DNA of 64,000 nt from Azolla caroliniana (Eukaryota; Plantae; Polypodiophyta). Under the pieces are notes generated by a model, which did no database searches, was not told the DNA's origin, and was given only the letters and a program-made list of their open reading frames with translations. This document shows, one piece after another, positions 35,492 to 48,059 of this stretch. Position 1 is the stretch's first letter. Each line of letters opens with the position of its first letter. A program made the position numbers and the translations under genes. The stretch spans positions 8,866,001 to 8,930,000 of the forward strand of contig JBHGNT010000007.1 in the NCBI GenBank assembly GCA_043228905.1, read 5' to 3'.

Positions 35492-35589
35492 AATCCATGC
35501 GTTATTGCGTAGTGTGCGCGGTTTGCGGAATCCATGCGTTATTGCGTAATGTGCGCGGTTTGCGGAATCCACGCGTTATTGCGTAATGT
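35492..35589. repeat. 37-bp tandem repeat (~2.7 copies) between the two PPT-like motifs of element C
   Basis: aatccatgcgttattgcgtagtgtgcgcggtttgcgg at 35492, 35529, 35566. Confidence 0.85.
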
Positions 35590-37056
35590 CTTCAGTACTC
35601 CCCCTCAAGCTTGGCAGGTCAAGGATCGCCAATCCGAGATCGGTCATGAATTGCCATAGCTTGTCAGCTCCTAAGGCTTTAGTGAAAATGTCGGCCGTTT
35701 GAAGATTGGTGCTAATGTGTTGTAGGTCGACATCGCCAGCTAGAACGCGCTCTCGGATGAAGTGATAGTGCACTTCGATGTGCTTTGTCCGCGCGTGCAA
35801 CACCGGGTTCCGAGCCAAATAAATATTGCTCATGTTGTCGCAGTAAAGGGGAGTCGGATCCTTGATGGGAACGCCCAGATCCTTCAAAATCCTCTTAAGC
35901 CATACGGCTTCACATGCAGCTACGGTTGCGCCCTTATATTCCGCCTCCGTACTTGAAAGAGCGACGGTAGGCTGCTTCTTGCTACTCCAAGATATTGCTC
36001 TGTTGCCGAGGGATAAAACAAATCCGGAGGTTGATCTTCTATCGGCTTTGTAGCCGGCCCAATCGGCGTCAGTGTACCCCTCAAGTCGTATTGGCATCGC
36101 GGTCTTGTAGAGGATGCCGCAATCCATTGTGCCGCTCACGTATTGTAGAACTCGCTTAGCGCAATCCAAGTGAGTATCACGCGGTGTTTGCATGAATTGG
36201 CTAAGGAGACGGACCGAATGACTAAGATTGGGTCGTGTGATCGTGAGGTAGATGAGACTCCCGATGAGTTGCCGATATTGAGTCGGCTCACACACTTTGG
36301 TGGCGGAGTTCGCATCGAGTTTGAGATTGCGATCGAGCGGGGTTGCCGCGGATTTGCACTCAGCCATACCGAACTTGTATAACAAGATGAGGATGTAGTG
36401 CCATTGAGAAATCATGATTCCGGTCGGAGTCTGAATTACCTCGATGCCGAGGAAGTAGTGGAGCTCCTTCATGTCCGTCATCTCGAACTTGTCGGAAAGG
36501 AGGGATTTGACTTTATTGATTTCGACGAGATGCTCACCTCCAATTACTAGGTCATCCACATATAAAATGATGACGATCGGACTTGCGGAATCGCTTTGTA
36601 TGTAGAGGGAGTTGTCCGATTTTGAAATACGGAAGCTGATTTGATGAAGATATTGCGTTATCTTCGAATGCCAAGCACGCGGTGCTTGCTTGAGGCCGTA
36701 GAGTGGCTTCTTGAGTCGGCATACAGCTTTCAGATGGGTGCTTGGTTGAAGCCAGGTGGTTGTATCATGTACACCTCCTCTTCTAATTCGACTTGTAGAA
36801 AGGCTATCTTGACGTCCATTTGATGGAGGTGCCACCCTTTCACCGTGGCAAGCGCAATTACGGTCTGCACCGTCGTCATCTTTGCCATCGGGGCAAAGGT
36901 CTCTTCGTAGTCGACGTCATGCGTCTGAGCGTATCCTTTCGCTACGAGTCGAGCTTTGTAGCGGTTTACGGAGCCATCGACGTTATACTTCACCTTGTAG
37001 ATCCATCTGCATCCGATCGCCTTTTTGTGTGGTGAGGTGGAAACGAGATCCCACGT

Positions 37057-37736
37057 TGTCGCGTTGTTACACGCGTGCGTGTAGAAGGGCGGGACCACGG
37101 GGGTCTTGGACTAGGGAGTGGAGGAGAAAGATTAGCTCAAGAGGAGAAGAGAACGAATATGACATTATGATAGAAGAAGAAGATGCAATCAAGATACTCA
37201 ACAAGAAGTTCTATTAAGAAATGAATGATTACAACAAATGGTGGCCGCCATGGCCGCACCAAACGACTATATGAAAAACCCTAAAGGAAAACCCAAGAAG
37301 AAAACAATAACCGAAACCCTAACCCTAAAACGAAATGGGAAGAAGTAGAACCCTCGACTAAGTGGTATACCTTACTCACACAAAATAGGCAACCCCCACA
37401 ATGGTGCCTTCTCTCTCCTTTTATAGCACAAGGAGGGAAGACCGCTTACAAAAGTGAGACTAAAATATCCCTTTTCATTCAAAGGGGATATTTGCCTTGA
37501 TTTGGGGGAAGGGTGAGATTGATGGCCCCTTAACTCCCACCTCCTCACAAACAACTAGGTACCTATGTACCGCATAGTACCTCTCTCTCTCTCTCTCGCA
37601 TGGATGTGCGTACAACCACATCACCTTTATACCTTTATTACTATTACAAATACATTATGTACGTGTGCAACGTTGCACATCGCTCTTTGGCTCTCGTTGC
37701 TCGGGTTTCCGCTTGTGGACGAAAATCTTCACGACA
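37057..37736 (-). mobile_element. Element D: solo LTR (680 bp) related to gypsy E
   Basis: TGTCG...CGACA; 4-bp TSD acgt; host frame ...RKNETWDL rejoins. The end ttccgcttgtggacg...cttcacgaca is shared with the E LTR. Confidence 0.85.
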
Positions 37737-39139
37737 ACGTCTCGTTCTTCCGTAGTGCCTACATCTCCTCGTTCATTGCTTCGATCCATCGTGGGTCCTT
37801 CGCGGCTTCCGAAAAGGTTTCCGGCTCCCGTACTGTCGCTACCTTCATCATAAAGGCATAATGGTACGCCATATAATCGTTGTAGTTGAATCGGCTTACG
37901 GGGTTCTTTTCACGGGTGGATCGGTGGAGTTTTTCATTTGCAGAGATGAGGGCTTTCTTAGCTCCGATTGGTACCTTGAAACCGCCGAACTCACTGTCGA
38001 GTGAGTGAGTTGACTCATCGGCGTTGAAGCGATCGTCTTTGTATTCCGACATTTTCGCCTTGCCCTTGTCCATCTTCGGGCTAGGCCGTGATGTGCTTTG
38101 ATTGCTCAAAGGCTCTTGTGGTCCGCTCAATCGGGTCATGATCGGACTTTCTTCGAATATGCACGTAAGGCGATCTTCATCCTCGATCTCTTGTTCGGCG
38201 AATTCCGGGTCGAGCAGAGTCGGAGTCGGAGTTGTCTCTGGTGTGTACCAGGATGCGGACTCGTCAAAAACGACGTCTCGACTTACTCCAATGAGTATCC
38301 TACGAGGCTATATTTCTCCGACTTCGGGTCAAGCTTTTGACGCTTCTCGTCGGGGATGTGCATGTACACTATCGCTCTGAATATGCGGATGTGCGATAAG
38401 TCTGGCTTCTTTCCGAAGTATTTTTCGTTGTCGAGGTATTCCTCGCGGATGCGTGGAGTGAGGCGGGACCTCGGGGGTCCTGTACCGAAGAGTAAGAGAG
38501 AGAGAGAGAGAGAGACACTACGTGCGAGCGTAGATTCACAGGGACACGGCCCTTCGACGCAAAGACGCGAGTGGGACAGCGACACAGAAAGACACGAAAG
38601 TATGTATGTATTGACAAGACAAACAACAAGAACACGAAGACAACAAAACACGGAGTCGGTTACAACCGAACAGGCCGGCGAATAGATGTCGATACCTGCT
38701 CGTAAACGCACAGAGGGGGATGAGTAGGTTGGAGGTGCTGCCGGAAGCACTCGGCCATTCCTCAGAGCAGCGCGGGCCTCCCGAAACCTGCACAGAAGGA
38801 AGCTATGGCGTTTGCAACCAGAAAGAGAGAGAGAGAGAAGCCTTCGCACGCAAACCGACAGCACTTCGTCCTCGACTCTCCGCGATCCCTCGCCCCTCCT
38901 CGTCTCCCTCCTTTTATAGGCAAGGAAGGAGCCGTTTCCCCTTTACTTCCTACCTACCGAATCTACCTAGGATCTCCTATGTACAACATAAGGCGCACGT
39001 GCATGAAGAGTCGGTTCCTACGCTCCGGTACACCGATTCCGCTTGTGGACGGTTTTCTTCACGACATCCGCCCCCACCTAACCGCGCATCCACCGGCATG
39101 CGCCAAATTGTGTTGGGACGGAGAAAACCGGTCCAGCCT

Positions 39140-42100
39140 TCATTCTCCGCCCGTCGGTTCTTCCTCGGTTTCGGATCGCTCGTCGTCACGGTCCAAGTTA
39201 ACCGGATCCGGCTCGTCGTCGTGACGCTTCTTGAACGTCTTGATCCGCTTCCCAGCTACCGGTATCGCCATTCTCGTACCGTCGAGTTCCGCCAGATGGT
39301 ACGTCCCGTTGTCGTTGGTGCTTTGTACCACGTAAGGCCCGAACCACCTTCTTGCGAACTTCCGTGTCGCTCGGTGCTGGTTGTCGAGGCTGCTGTCGTA
39401 GACTAGCACCCAGTCGCCTTCCTCGATCTTCTTCGGTTGGAGCCGGTGCGTCCGGTCGAACCGGGCTTTGTTCCTCGTCCTGGCCACCCGAAGCTTTTCC
39501 GCAGCCTGCTCCACGTCCTCCGGTCTCCGCTCGAGTTGTCGTATGCGCGCCGTCAACAGTTCCTCCCGGCTCATCTCGTCTCTCCAGTCCACGGTTGCCC
39601 ATGAGGAGACTGTACGTTCGATCGGCATGATCGGCTTCTGCCCAAACATGAGCTCTACCGGCATGAATCCGGTTACCGAACTGTGCGTAGTCCGGTCAGC
39701 CCACAACGCGTAAGGCAGTAGCCGCGGCCAGTTCTCGACTTGACCTCCGCATGCCCGAACTAACGCCTTGACGATCGGTCCGTGTCCGCGCTCCACCTTC
39801 CCATTTGCCTCTGGATTGTACGCAGTGGTAAGCGAGAGCTTGACCCCTAACCGGTCGAACAGCTCCTCGGCCTCTTCGGCGTCCAACTCCCCGCGATCAG
39901 CCACGATCTTCCCGACGCACCCGTACCGGCATATTACGTCCTCGAGCAGGAACCGACATACGGCCGCAGTCGTTTTGTTCTGAAGGGCCCGGCCTTCCAC
40001 CTGGTTCGTTAGATCTTCCCGAGCCAGGACCAGATACCGCATCTGTCCTACTCCTATCGGCATCGTTACAAGGTCTACCATCCATTTGAAGTGGATGGTT
40101 GGAGGGTACGTAGGGTGAAGTTCGTCCCGGTGTCGGACTATGGAGTGCATCTAACAACTCTCGCAAGTTGTCACGAATCGATGCACGTCCCGGTACAGTC
40201 CCGGTCACCAGTACTTCCCCTTTATCTTCTCGAACGTGGCCCAGGTTCCACGGTGTCCGGCCCAAGGGCTGTCGTGGTAGGCCGTCAGCAGCTCCTCCTG
40301 TTCTTCCTTCATTGCCACCACCCGGAGCGGAGCGCCGTCCCTCTTCTTCGGGTGCTTCCATAAGTATCCGTCCCGGAGAAAGAATCGGTAAGCTTTCTTC
40401 CGGATCCGGTTGGCCTCGTCCTTCGTCCATGACGCATCCGGCGTCATTGTCCTCAAGAATCCACCGATCTGGAGCCACTCGCCGTCGTACTTGCTCTCGT
40501 CGAAGCCGTTAAGTGCCGGAGTGCTCGTTCCATCGGCCGTTACGTATGCTGCCTCGAAGAAGTCCACGCCGACTTCTTCGTCCTCCGAAACCATGCCGCC
40601 CTCGTCATCAAACCTTGCCCTCGAAAGCATGTTGGCCATGGCGTTGTCCTTTCCGAAAATGTGCCGTATTTCCGGGTCCAGGGACTTGATGTACGCTATC
40701 CACCGGAGCATCGCCAGGTCCTGTGTCGCGCATCCGGAAACCATGCCGAGAATCGGCAGGCAGTCCGTCTCGATAACCACTTCTGTCCCGATCAGGTAAT
40801 CTTTGTCGGCCTTTACTGCCGAAACGATACCCCAGAGTTCGCGTTTAACCTGGGCGTACCCTCGCTGTCGTTCACTGAGGACCTTGGCGCCGAATCGGAT
40901 CGGGAACCGGGTGCCGTCCTCGTCTTCTTGGCTGACGACCCATCCGATCCCGGTCGGGCTCGTATCCACCGTTATGTATACCGGGGTACCCTTCCCGTAG
41001 ACAGCCTTCCGGAGCGCCGGTGCTGCCGTAAGAGCTTCCTTCAGCTTCCGGACCGACCCCGTGTGCTCGTCTCGCCACTCGAATTTTCGCCCTTTCTTCA
41101 GCAACCCGTATAGCGGCTCCGCAACGTGGGCGTAATGCGGGATCCATATGTGGTAGAATGCGCATGCCCCCAGGAACCTCCGAACTTCCGTAACCGAGCT
41201 ACAGTCGGTCTTCATCGCGGAGATGGCTTCTACCTTTGCTGGAGACGGCTTCCGACCATAAGGTCCACATAGGTGTCCGACCACCAGGATTTCCGATTGC
41301 CCAAAGGCCGATTTCTCCCCGGAGAAGGTGAGCCTCGCAGCCTCCAGCCTCTGTAGCACCTTCTCGCAGTCGTCGATGTGTGTCGCCACGAATCGCCGGC
41401 ATCCGTCCGGCCCGACTGTCTCGTCCTTCTCCTCCACCGGGCACCCTTTGATAGGGATGTCGTCTAGAAACGGCATGGTGATGTCCGGGATGCAATCCCT
41501 CAGTACCTTGTTCATTGCATTCACCATGTGGGCCACCGAGTTGGTCCCTCCCTGTGGCAGGGTACACATTCGCACTAGGCCGAGGGGAGTTCGCATCGTC
41601 GTAATGTCTCTGCTTTCCACGGCTAGTTGGAACTGGTCGTACCCCGAGTACAGATCACCGACTGAGTAAATCGACCTTCCGGCGAAGGCCTCCGCGAACT
41701 CGTCTATGGTCGGTCCGATTCCTGCGTTCCGAATGGTCACTCTGTTGACCAGCTGTAGGTCTTGAATGAAGCGCAACGTTCCGTTTTTCTTTGGTACGGT
41801 AAACCACCGGTTCGAGTATGGGGCACTCGACGGTTCGAGAATGCCCATATCAATTTTCTGCCTCAATAGCTCCATCAACTTCAGGATGTGAGCTCTCGGT
41901 ACTGGAATCGGCTTGAGATTCCACGGTACATGCAGTACCGTGAATATCACCATCGGCTCCACGATCGTCGGGTCTACGCACCCGATTTCTTCCGGCGAGA
42001 ATGCGAAGGCTTTCCCGTGCCTTCTGAGCATTTTCCGAAACCGGTCTTCCTCCGCAGGTAGTAGGAACCCGCCCCCACCGATCCTGAGCTCCCGGAGCGT

Positions 42101-42613
42101 CCCGTCGGTGAAGGTGTGTCCTATGCAGGCCGGGTCTCATAAACTGGGGTCCGACGCCACCCCTCTAATTCGGGACTCGCTGCCCTCCGGCAAGGGTGCC
42201 GCGACTGGCCTTACCTTCCGGTCCACAGTCTTGTACTTCGTGCTAACTCGGGCCGTCCGATCCGACCCGAGCCCCTGACTAAAGTTCGCGATGACTTCGT
42301 ACATCTCTTCGGAACATACCGGTATCGTCTGGTCTTCGTTAAGGTCTTCTCCGGCTACCTTCCTCAGCATTCCCAAGGTGTCGTCGAAGGAGACCGCCTC
42401 CACGGCTCCGCTGATTTCCTCGTCCGGGCCGAGAACTCCGCACGCTCGAAGTCGCACTTCCGCCCTTGTCTTTTCTCGGCCGACGATGCCAACTATCATA
42501 CACCCTCCATTGTTGGAGAAGCAAATTTTTCTACCTATCGTACAGTCGTGGGGTCTTTCCCGAGTGTCCGGACTGTCTCGGCCCCACGCCTTGGCAGCCC
42601 TCTCTAAAAATCC
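39140..42613 (-). pseudogene. Element E pol (RT-RNase H-integrase) in the -1 frame, with three in-frame nonsense codons
   Basis: DLYSGYDQF, LPQGGTNS, PFLDDIP, TVDTSPTGIG, YHDSPWAGH, WMVDLV, ADRGE, NGKVERG. Stops at 42137, 40205 and 40151, all in one frame. Confidence 0.9.
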
Positions 42614-44730
42614 TCCCGGTTCTCGCCACCGAGGGATTCGCGGTTCCTCTCGTGATTCGGTCTCACGGTCAGAAATTGGACCGAATGGCGTCCGTCCTGG
42701 CTTTTGACCCTTGCGTAGGCCGAACCGTTGTCTAGCACCTTGGTCTCCATTCGAGCTGCCGTGATGTATGGTTCCCCTAATATGACCGGGTGCGAGGACG
42801 TCTCCTGTACGAAGAAGTGCTGGTCAATCTCGACGTCGCCGATCTTGACTAGCACGTTCGGGCAGGCCCCATGCAGTTCCTCGGTGGCGCGCGTCGCCGC
42901 CCGTATCTTCCACCCGTGCTTGGTGTTGATCGGCCACTTCCCCTTCTTATAGAAGTCCATGGACATCAGGTTTATTTCCGAACCGTGGTCCACCAGTGCC
43001 ACCACTGGTTCCTGAACCTCTCCGATCTTTACCGGGGTCTCCGTGGTCGCTCGGGCCCAGTGTGGCCTCGAATAGTGGCTCTCCGCCCACTCATCTGCCA
43101 GCGCCGAGTCGTCGATGTGCGTCGTCCGCACCTCTACCGGTCTTTCCGGATCCGTCTCCGTCGACAGCCTCTTCCGTTTCACCAAGTCTACAATGGAGTC
43201 GTGGAACTCCTTCTTGGCGATCCCTAACACCTCTCGCAATGTCAGCTCCACTTTGCTGTCGAGGATCCGTTCTTCTAGGACCTTTCGTAGGTCTGTAGTC
43301 CTTTCTATTTCTGTCCCCAGTCGGTACCCGCCCTTCCTGGGGTTATCTTGCGGGTCGGGCCCACCGGCATCGTTCCGTCGTTGCCCGAATCGGGTCTCGT
43401 AACGTTGTGAGGGCCCTGCCGCTCCGGCTTTCCCCACTCGTTTTTCTTCTACCAGAGCCTCGTAGTTCCGGCAAGCGGCTTCTACGAAGCTCGTCTTCTC
43501 CTCGACCGGATCGCTCCACCCGGTTATTTCCCGGACCCGTCTCTCAGCGCGGTCCGTTTCATCTTTCCTCAGCCGCGCGCCGGCGAGGCCTTCCAGCATT
43601 GCCGACCAGAAACTGTCTTTACTCTCCTTTCGGGCCTCGCTGCCCCCGACCTGAATACCGGCTGACGCCGAGTAGTGGATGGCCTCCACGTGTCGGGCCG
43701 CTGCCTCTTCCATCAGTCTCTTCATACCTCCTCGCCCGTCGTTTCGGCTCAGGGCCCTCCTGGTGTTGCCAGCGTGCACCCGGCCTTCCCACAGGTACAC
43801 CACCCGGTTTCTCAACGCCTCTGCGAAATCGCCGCAGTCCTTCCGAATGTGGCCGACCTCGTCGCACCACATGCACCTGTTCCTCGCTGCCGGCCGTCGG
43901 TCACGAGCCGGTTCGCCGCCTTCCCTTCGAGTCTGGGCGATCTGGAGATCCTTTATCGCCCGCGTCAACTCCTCTAGCGCTGCTCCTCCGGACGAGCCAT
44001 TGACCATGCTGGCCGAAGCCGGACCGGTTTCGAGCCATTCCCGGGTTTCTTCCCTTCGCACTTGCGGTGCCGGTTCAAGCCTCCTTGCTGTAGCAGAGCC
44101 CGCACCGGCCGCCCCGTTGTCAGCCCATTCTCGCCGTTTGTCGAAACGGCCACAGACTCTCTTAACCGCAGCCCAGTCGGTTGTCAGCCCGTCTTCAGTT
44201 TCCAGCAAGGAGCCGACTTGATCCCGGTCCCGCTCGTCCACCGACTTGACGAACAGTAGGACCCGGCTCGTATCCAGAATGGTTCGGTCAAGCGCTGAAA
44301 GGCGCGCAAAGCGTTCTTCGAACTCCAGGAGGAGTGCCGACGCGTTTCTTCCTTTGCCGGGGGACTCCACCCATTCCATGAAGTCCCGTTTCGAAAGCCG
44401 GAGCGCGTCGTCCAGCCCATATTTCTCTAGGAGTCGTCCTTCGAACTCCTCCCAGGTATGGCTCTCCGCCCGTACCTCGAGCACCTCCGCATGGATGCTC
44501 AGCATCGCCACTCGAGGGAACTCGGCAAGACGCCTCTCTTCCGGAATGTCCCGCATCAGCATTTCCGCCCCGTAGGACGCCAAATACTTCGTAGCATCCT
44601 TTCCGCTGAAACGGCCGATCGTACCGACGACCGCCTCAATGGCTCTGTCGAGGGCACTGGTGCCCTCGCGTGTGCTCAATATCCAATCCACGGCCGAAGC
44701 CATGGCCTCTGCAAGATCCGACCCCCTCAT
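42604..44730 (-). CDS. Element E Gag-protease ORF, ending at a putative -1 frameshift site
   Basis: CMWCDEVGHIRKDC knuckle, ALVDHGSEIN protease, VILGEPY; ends GAG GAT TTT TAG. Confidence 0.85.
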   Translation of the reverse strand: MRGSDLAEAMASAVDWILSTREGTSALDRAIEAVVGTIGRFSGKDATKYLASYGAEMLMRDIPEERRLAEFPRVAMLSIHAEVLEVRAESHTWEEFEGRLLEKYGLDDALRLSKRDFMEWVESPGKGRNASALLLEFEERFARLSALDRTILDTSRVLLFVKSVDERDRDQVGSLLETEDGLTTDWAAVKRVCGRFDKRREWADNGAAGAGSATARRLEPAPQVRREETREWLETGPASASMVNGSSGGAALEELTRAIKDLQIAQTRREGGEPARDRRPAARNRCMWCDEVGHIRKDCGDFAEALRNRVVYLWEGRVHAGNTRRALSRNDGRGGMKRLMEEAAARHVEAIHYSASAGIQVGGSEARKESKDSFWSAMLEGLAGARLRKDETDRAERRVREITGWSDPVEEKTSFVEAACRNYEALVEEKRVGKAGAAGPSQRYETRFGQRRNDAGGPDPQDNPRKGGYRLGTEIERTTDLRKVLEERILDSKVELTLREVLGIAKKEFHDSIVDLVKRKRLSTETDPERPVEVRTTHIDDSALADEWAESHYSRPHWARATTETPVKIGEVQEPVVALVDHGSEINLMSMDFYKKGKWPINTKHGWKIRAATRATEELHGACPNVLVKIGDVEIDQHFFVQETSSHPVILGEPYITAARMETKVLDNGSAYARVKSQDGRHSVQFLTVRPNHERNRESLGGENREDF

Positions 44731-47700
44731 CTTCTGCTCTTCTGCCGCCTCTTTCACGTCGGGTTCACCAAATATGTCGAGGTATTCCTCGCGGATGCGT
44801 GGAGTGAGGCGGGACCTCGGGGGTCCTGTACCGAAGAGTAAGAGAGAGAGAGAGAGAGAGACACTACGTGCGAGCGTAGATTCACAGGGACACGGCCCTT
44901 CGACGCAAAGACGCGAGTGGGACAGCGACACAGAAAGACACGAAAGTATGTATGTATTGACAAGACAAACAACAAGAACACGAAGACAACAAAACACGAA
45001 GTCGGTTACAACCGAACAAGCCGGCGAATAGATGTCGATACCTGCTCGTAAACGCACAGAGGGGGATGAGTAGGTTGGAGGTGCTGCCGGAAGCACTCGG
45101 CCATTCCTCAGAGCAGCGCGGGCCTCCCGAAACCTGCACAGAAGGAAGCTATGGCGTTTGCAACCAGAAAGAGAGAGAGAGAGAAGCCTTCGCACGCAAA
45201 CCGACAACACTTCGTCCTCGACTCTCCGCGATCCCTCGCCCCTCCTCGTCTCCCTCCTTTTATAGGCAAGGAAGGAGCCGTTTCCCCTTTACTTCCTACC
45301 TACCGAATCTACCTAGGATCTCCTATGTACAACATAAGGCGCACGTGCATGAAGAGTCGGTTCCTACGCTCCGGTACACCGATTCCGCTTGTGGACGGTT
45401 TTCTTCACGACATCGTGTGGAGTGACCTCGTGCATGCCGGATGTTGTGCACTGGTTCATTAGGTAGACGGCCGTATTTGCAGCTTCGGCCCAATATGACT
45501 TGGGCATATGCTTCTCGTTCATCATGGCCCGTGCTACTTCGAGGATGTGCCGATTTTTGTGCTCGGCTACCCCGTTTTGTTGCGGAGTGTGTCAGCAAGT
45601 GAATTCTTGCCAAATTCCTTCCTTTCGGAGATACGCGGTGAAGTCGTCCGAGAAGTACTCCTTGCCGCCATCTGATCGAAGACAATGTACATGTCGGCCT
45701 GTGGCTTTCTCAACTTCATTCTTGAAAATTTGGAAGTGTTCGAACACTTCACTCTTTGGCCACATCGGGTAGATCCAAGTGTGCCTGGAGAAGTCGTCGA
45801 TGAAGAGCACGTAATATCGGCATCCGCGGAATGTCGCCGTTTGAGCCGGACGCCATACATCGGAATGAATTACGTCTGCGCCGGTCCCTATACGTCGGAA
45901 TGGACTACATCGAGTAGACCTTTGCTCACGTTCCGCTCTTTCGGGAATGGGTGTCGATGTTGCTTGCCGAATTGGCATGCTTTGCATACACCTTCAATCT
46001 CCTTCTCTTTGAATGTTGGGAGTCCGATGACAACTCCTTTCGATTTCATTGCTTTGAGCTTTTGGAGATTTATATGGTCAATCCGCTTGTACCATAACTC
46101 TATGTCAGAGTCGGCTTTCATGCCCTTTGCGAACATGGCCGATTTCATCTCGTGTGAGTCGAGAATGAACAGTCGGCTTCTCTTCGTCCACGTGCAATGA
46201 GTCGGCCCTCTTTTTCGATGAAGCAACCGCCTTGATTAAATCGAACTTGCATCCCTTGCTCTACAATTTGGCCGACGGAGACCAAATTCTTCGTAATGGT
46301 CGGTACATGCAAAACATTTTTAATGTAATTTTCCTTACCTTCTTTTCCGAACGGAACATTGCCGATGTGCTAAATCGGGTGCGTAGTGTTGTCTCCGGTT
46401 TCGACATAGCCGGGTCGGTCCGGCTCTTGAAGTTCTCGGAACCATTCTTGATGCGATGTCATATGGTTCGAGGCACTAGTTGAGGTAGAGGCCGACATAG
46501 AGTTTGCTCTATGTTTCATCATGAACATTCCGCCACGGTCGGAGTTGTGTGCATACATTCCGCCACAATCTTCGTAGTCGGAGTTGTTCCCGTACATTCT
46601 GCTATACTCTTAGTAGTCGGAATTGTGTGCGTAATTCGTGAGTTGTTGGCTTGTGGAAGCCGATTCATGCATCTTCTTTCGGCACTCTTCTTTGTGGTGG
46701 CCGAGCTTTCCGCAATATCTGAATTCGGTTGCGTTTTGACGGCTCGGGCCGGAGTGGAAGCTCCCCCTTCTTGCAAAGGTTCCTCGTTGGCCTCCGTTTT
46801 GCGGCCGAAATTGGGAGTTGTTGTCGTAGGTTGAACCTCGTTCGCCTTGTCCTTGGCCGAATCAGCCTCTTGCTCGTCCGCGTCCTCTTCCTCCATTAGA
46901 GTGCGTGTAGAGCATGTGGCCTTCCGACTCATTGCTCCTTGTACGCACATGGTTTTCTTCGACCAATAGCATTGATTGGAGCTCGAAGAAGGAGGGAGAT
47001 TTCTCCCGTGCTAGAACGGCGGTTCGCATCGCGCCGAACTGTGGTGCGAGGCCGCTGAGGCATATTTGCACCATCTCATCATCATCTATACTTACGCTTA
47101 TTGAGCCGAGCGAGTCGCAAAGCTCCTTGATCTTCAAGGTGTATGTCGTGATGGACATGTCCCTTTGTTGAATGTTGTTCAACTCTTGGCGGAGTTGAAG
47201 CTTCCTCGCGGTCGTGTTGGCGGAGAAAATCTTTCGTAGATTTTCCCACGCTTCCTTCGGCGTCTTGGCTTCTCGAATGTAATCGAGCATGTGGTCGTGA
47301 ACACATGTCGCCAAACAATACATCACGCGGCTTGCGGCTTGCTCCCATGTCGCGTATCCGGGAGCCGCTTCGGCGAGTCGGTCTTCATGTGCTCCTTTGA
47401 TGTAGCTCCAATAGCCTTGTCTGACAAGGTATTGGTGCATCTTGTACTCCCAAGATGCGAAGTTGTTTCGATCCAACTTCTTGGTAGGGAGAGCACTCCC
47501 CATTTGAGTATTGATTATGTAGATTCTTCTTCTTCTTCTTCTCTCTTCGAATGCGAGCTATGTAACGAAGCTACGATAACGATGAGCCGGTTCTTGGTCG
47601 TCAGCGTGGAGCACAACACACGATCACGATGAGGCAAATGGGCTAGATCGAGCTACCAAATCGCTCTGATACCATGTAAAGAATCAAGAGATGGATTCTT

Positions 47701-48059
47701 GTGAAGCGGAATAGGTGTGAACTGTGTGTGTGTGTATGAGCTAGATAGAGAGAGAGACACACACAGAGTATACGCAAGGTTAAGTATATTAATAAAGGGG
47801 AAAGACACAACTACATACAAGGTGGGAGGAGGGTGCTTCATATAGTCACCCTCTCTCTTCATTAACTACAAGACTCATGGAGCATGGGGAATGTGAAAGC
47901 TCATAAGTTATGTGTCATAGAATATGATTCTATGACTCATACTAAATGCTAGAATACAAAGTGGTGACTTAATGGTGACTCTTGACCGTTGGAGTGTCTA
48001 TTCAATCTCAAGGTGAGTTCACACACAAGACCAAGTTGAGCTTGATTCTCAACACGGAC

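Larger units (their letters stand above)
38429..45412 (-). mobile_element. Element E: full-length non-chromovirus Ty3/gypsy (Phygy/fungal-like), tRNA-Trp primed, 4-bp TSD
   Basis: LTRs 44775-45412 and 38429-39066 (638 bp, ~3 differences seen); PBS TGGTGAACCCGACGTGA (44754-44770); PPT gtgggggcgga; TSD tcgt. Confidence 0.93.
35576..47503 (-). pseudogene. Element C gag-pol in fragments (gag 46862-47503, integrase ~45420-46230, RT/RNase H 35576-37056), interrupted by D and E
   Basis: MGSALPTKKLDRNNFASW, IHSDVW, LRSDGGKEY, YKARLVAKG, LYVDD, YTDADWAG, RTKHIEVHYHF. Confidence 0.9.
34870..48054 (-). mobile_element. Element C: decayed Ty1/copia nested in B
   Basis: 5' LTR 47675-48054, 3' LTR 34870-35271 (they differ mainly in (TG)n length); tRNA-iMet PBS 47663-47674; PPT 35272-35280; perfect TSD cggac. 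Confidence 0.95.
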
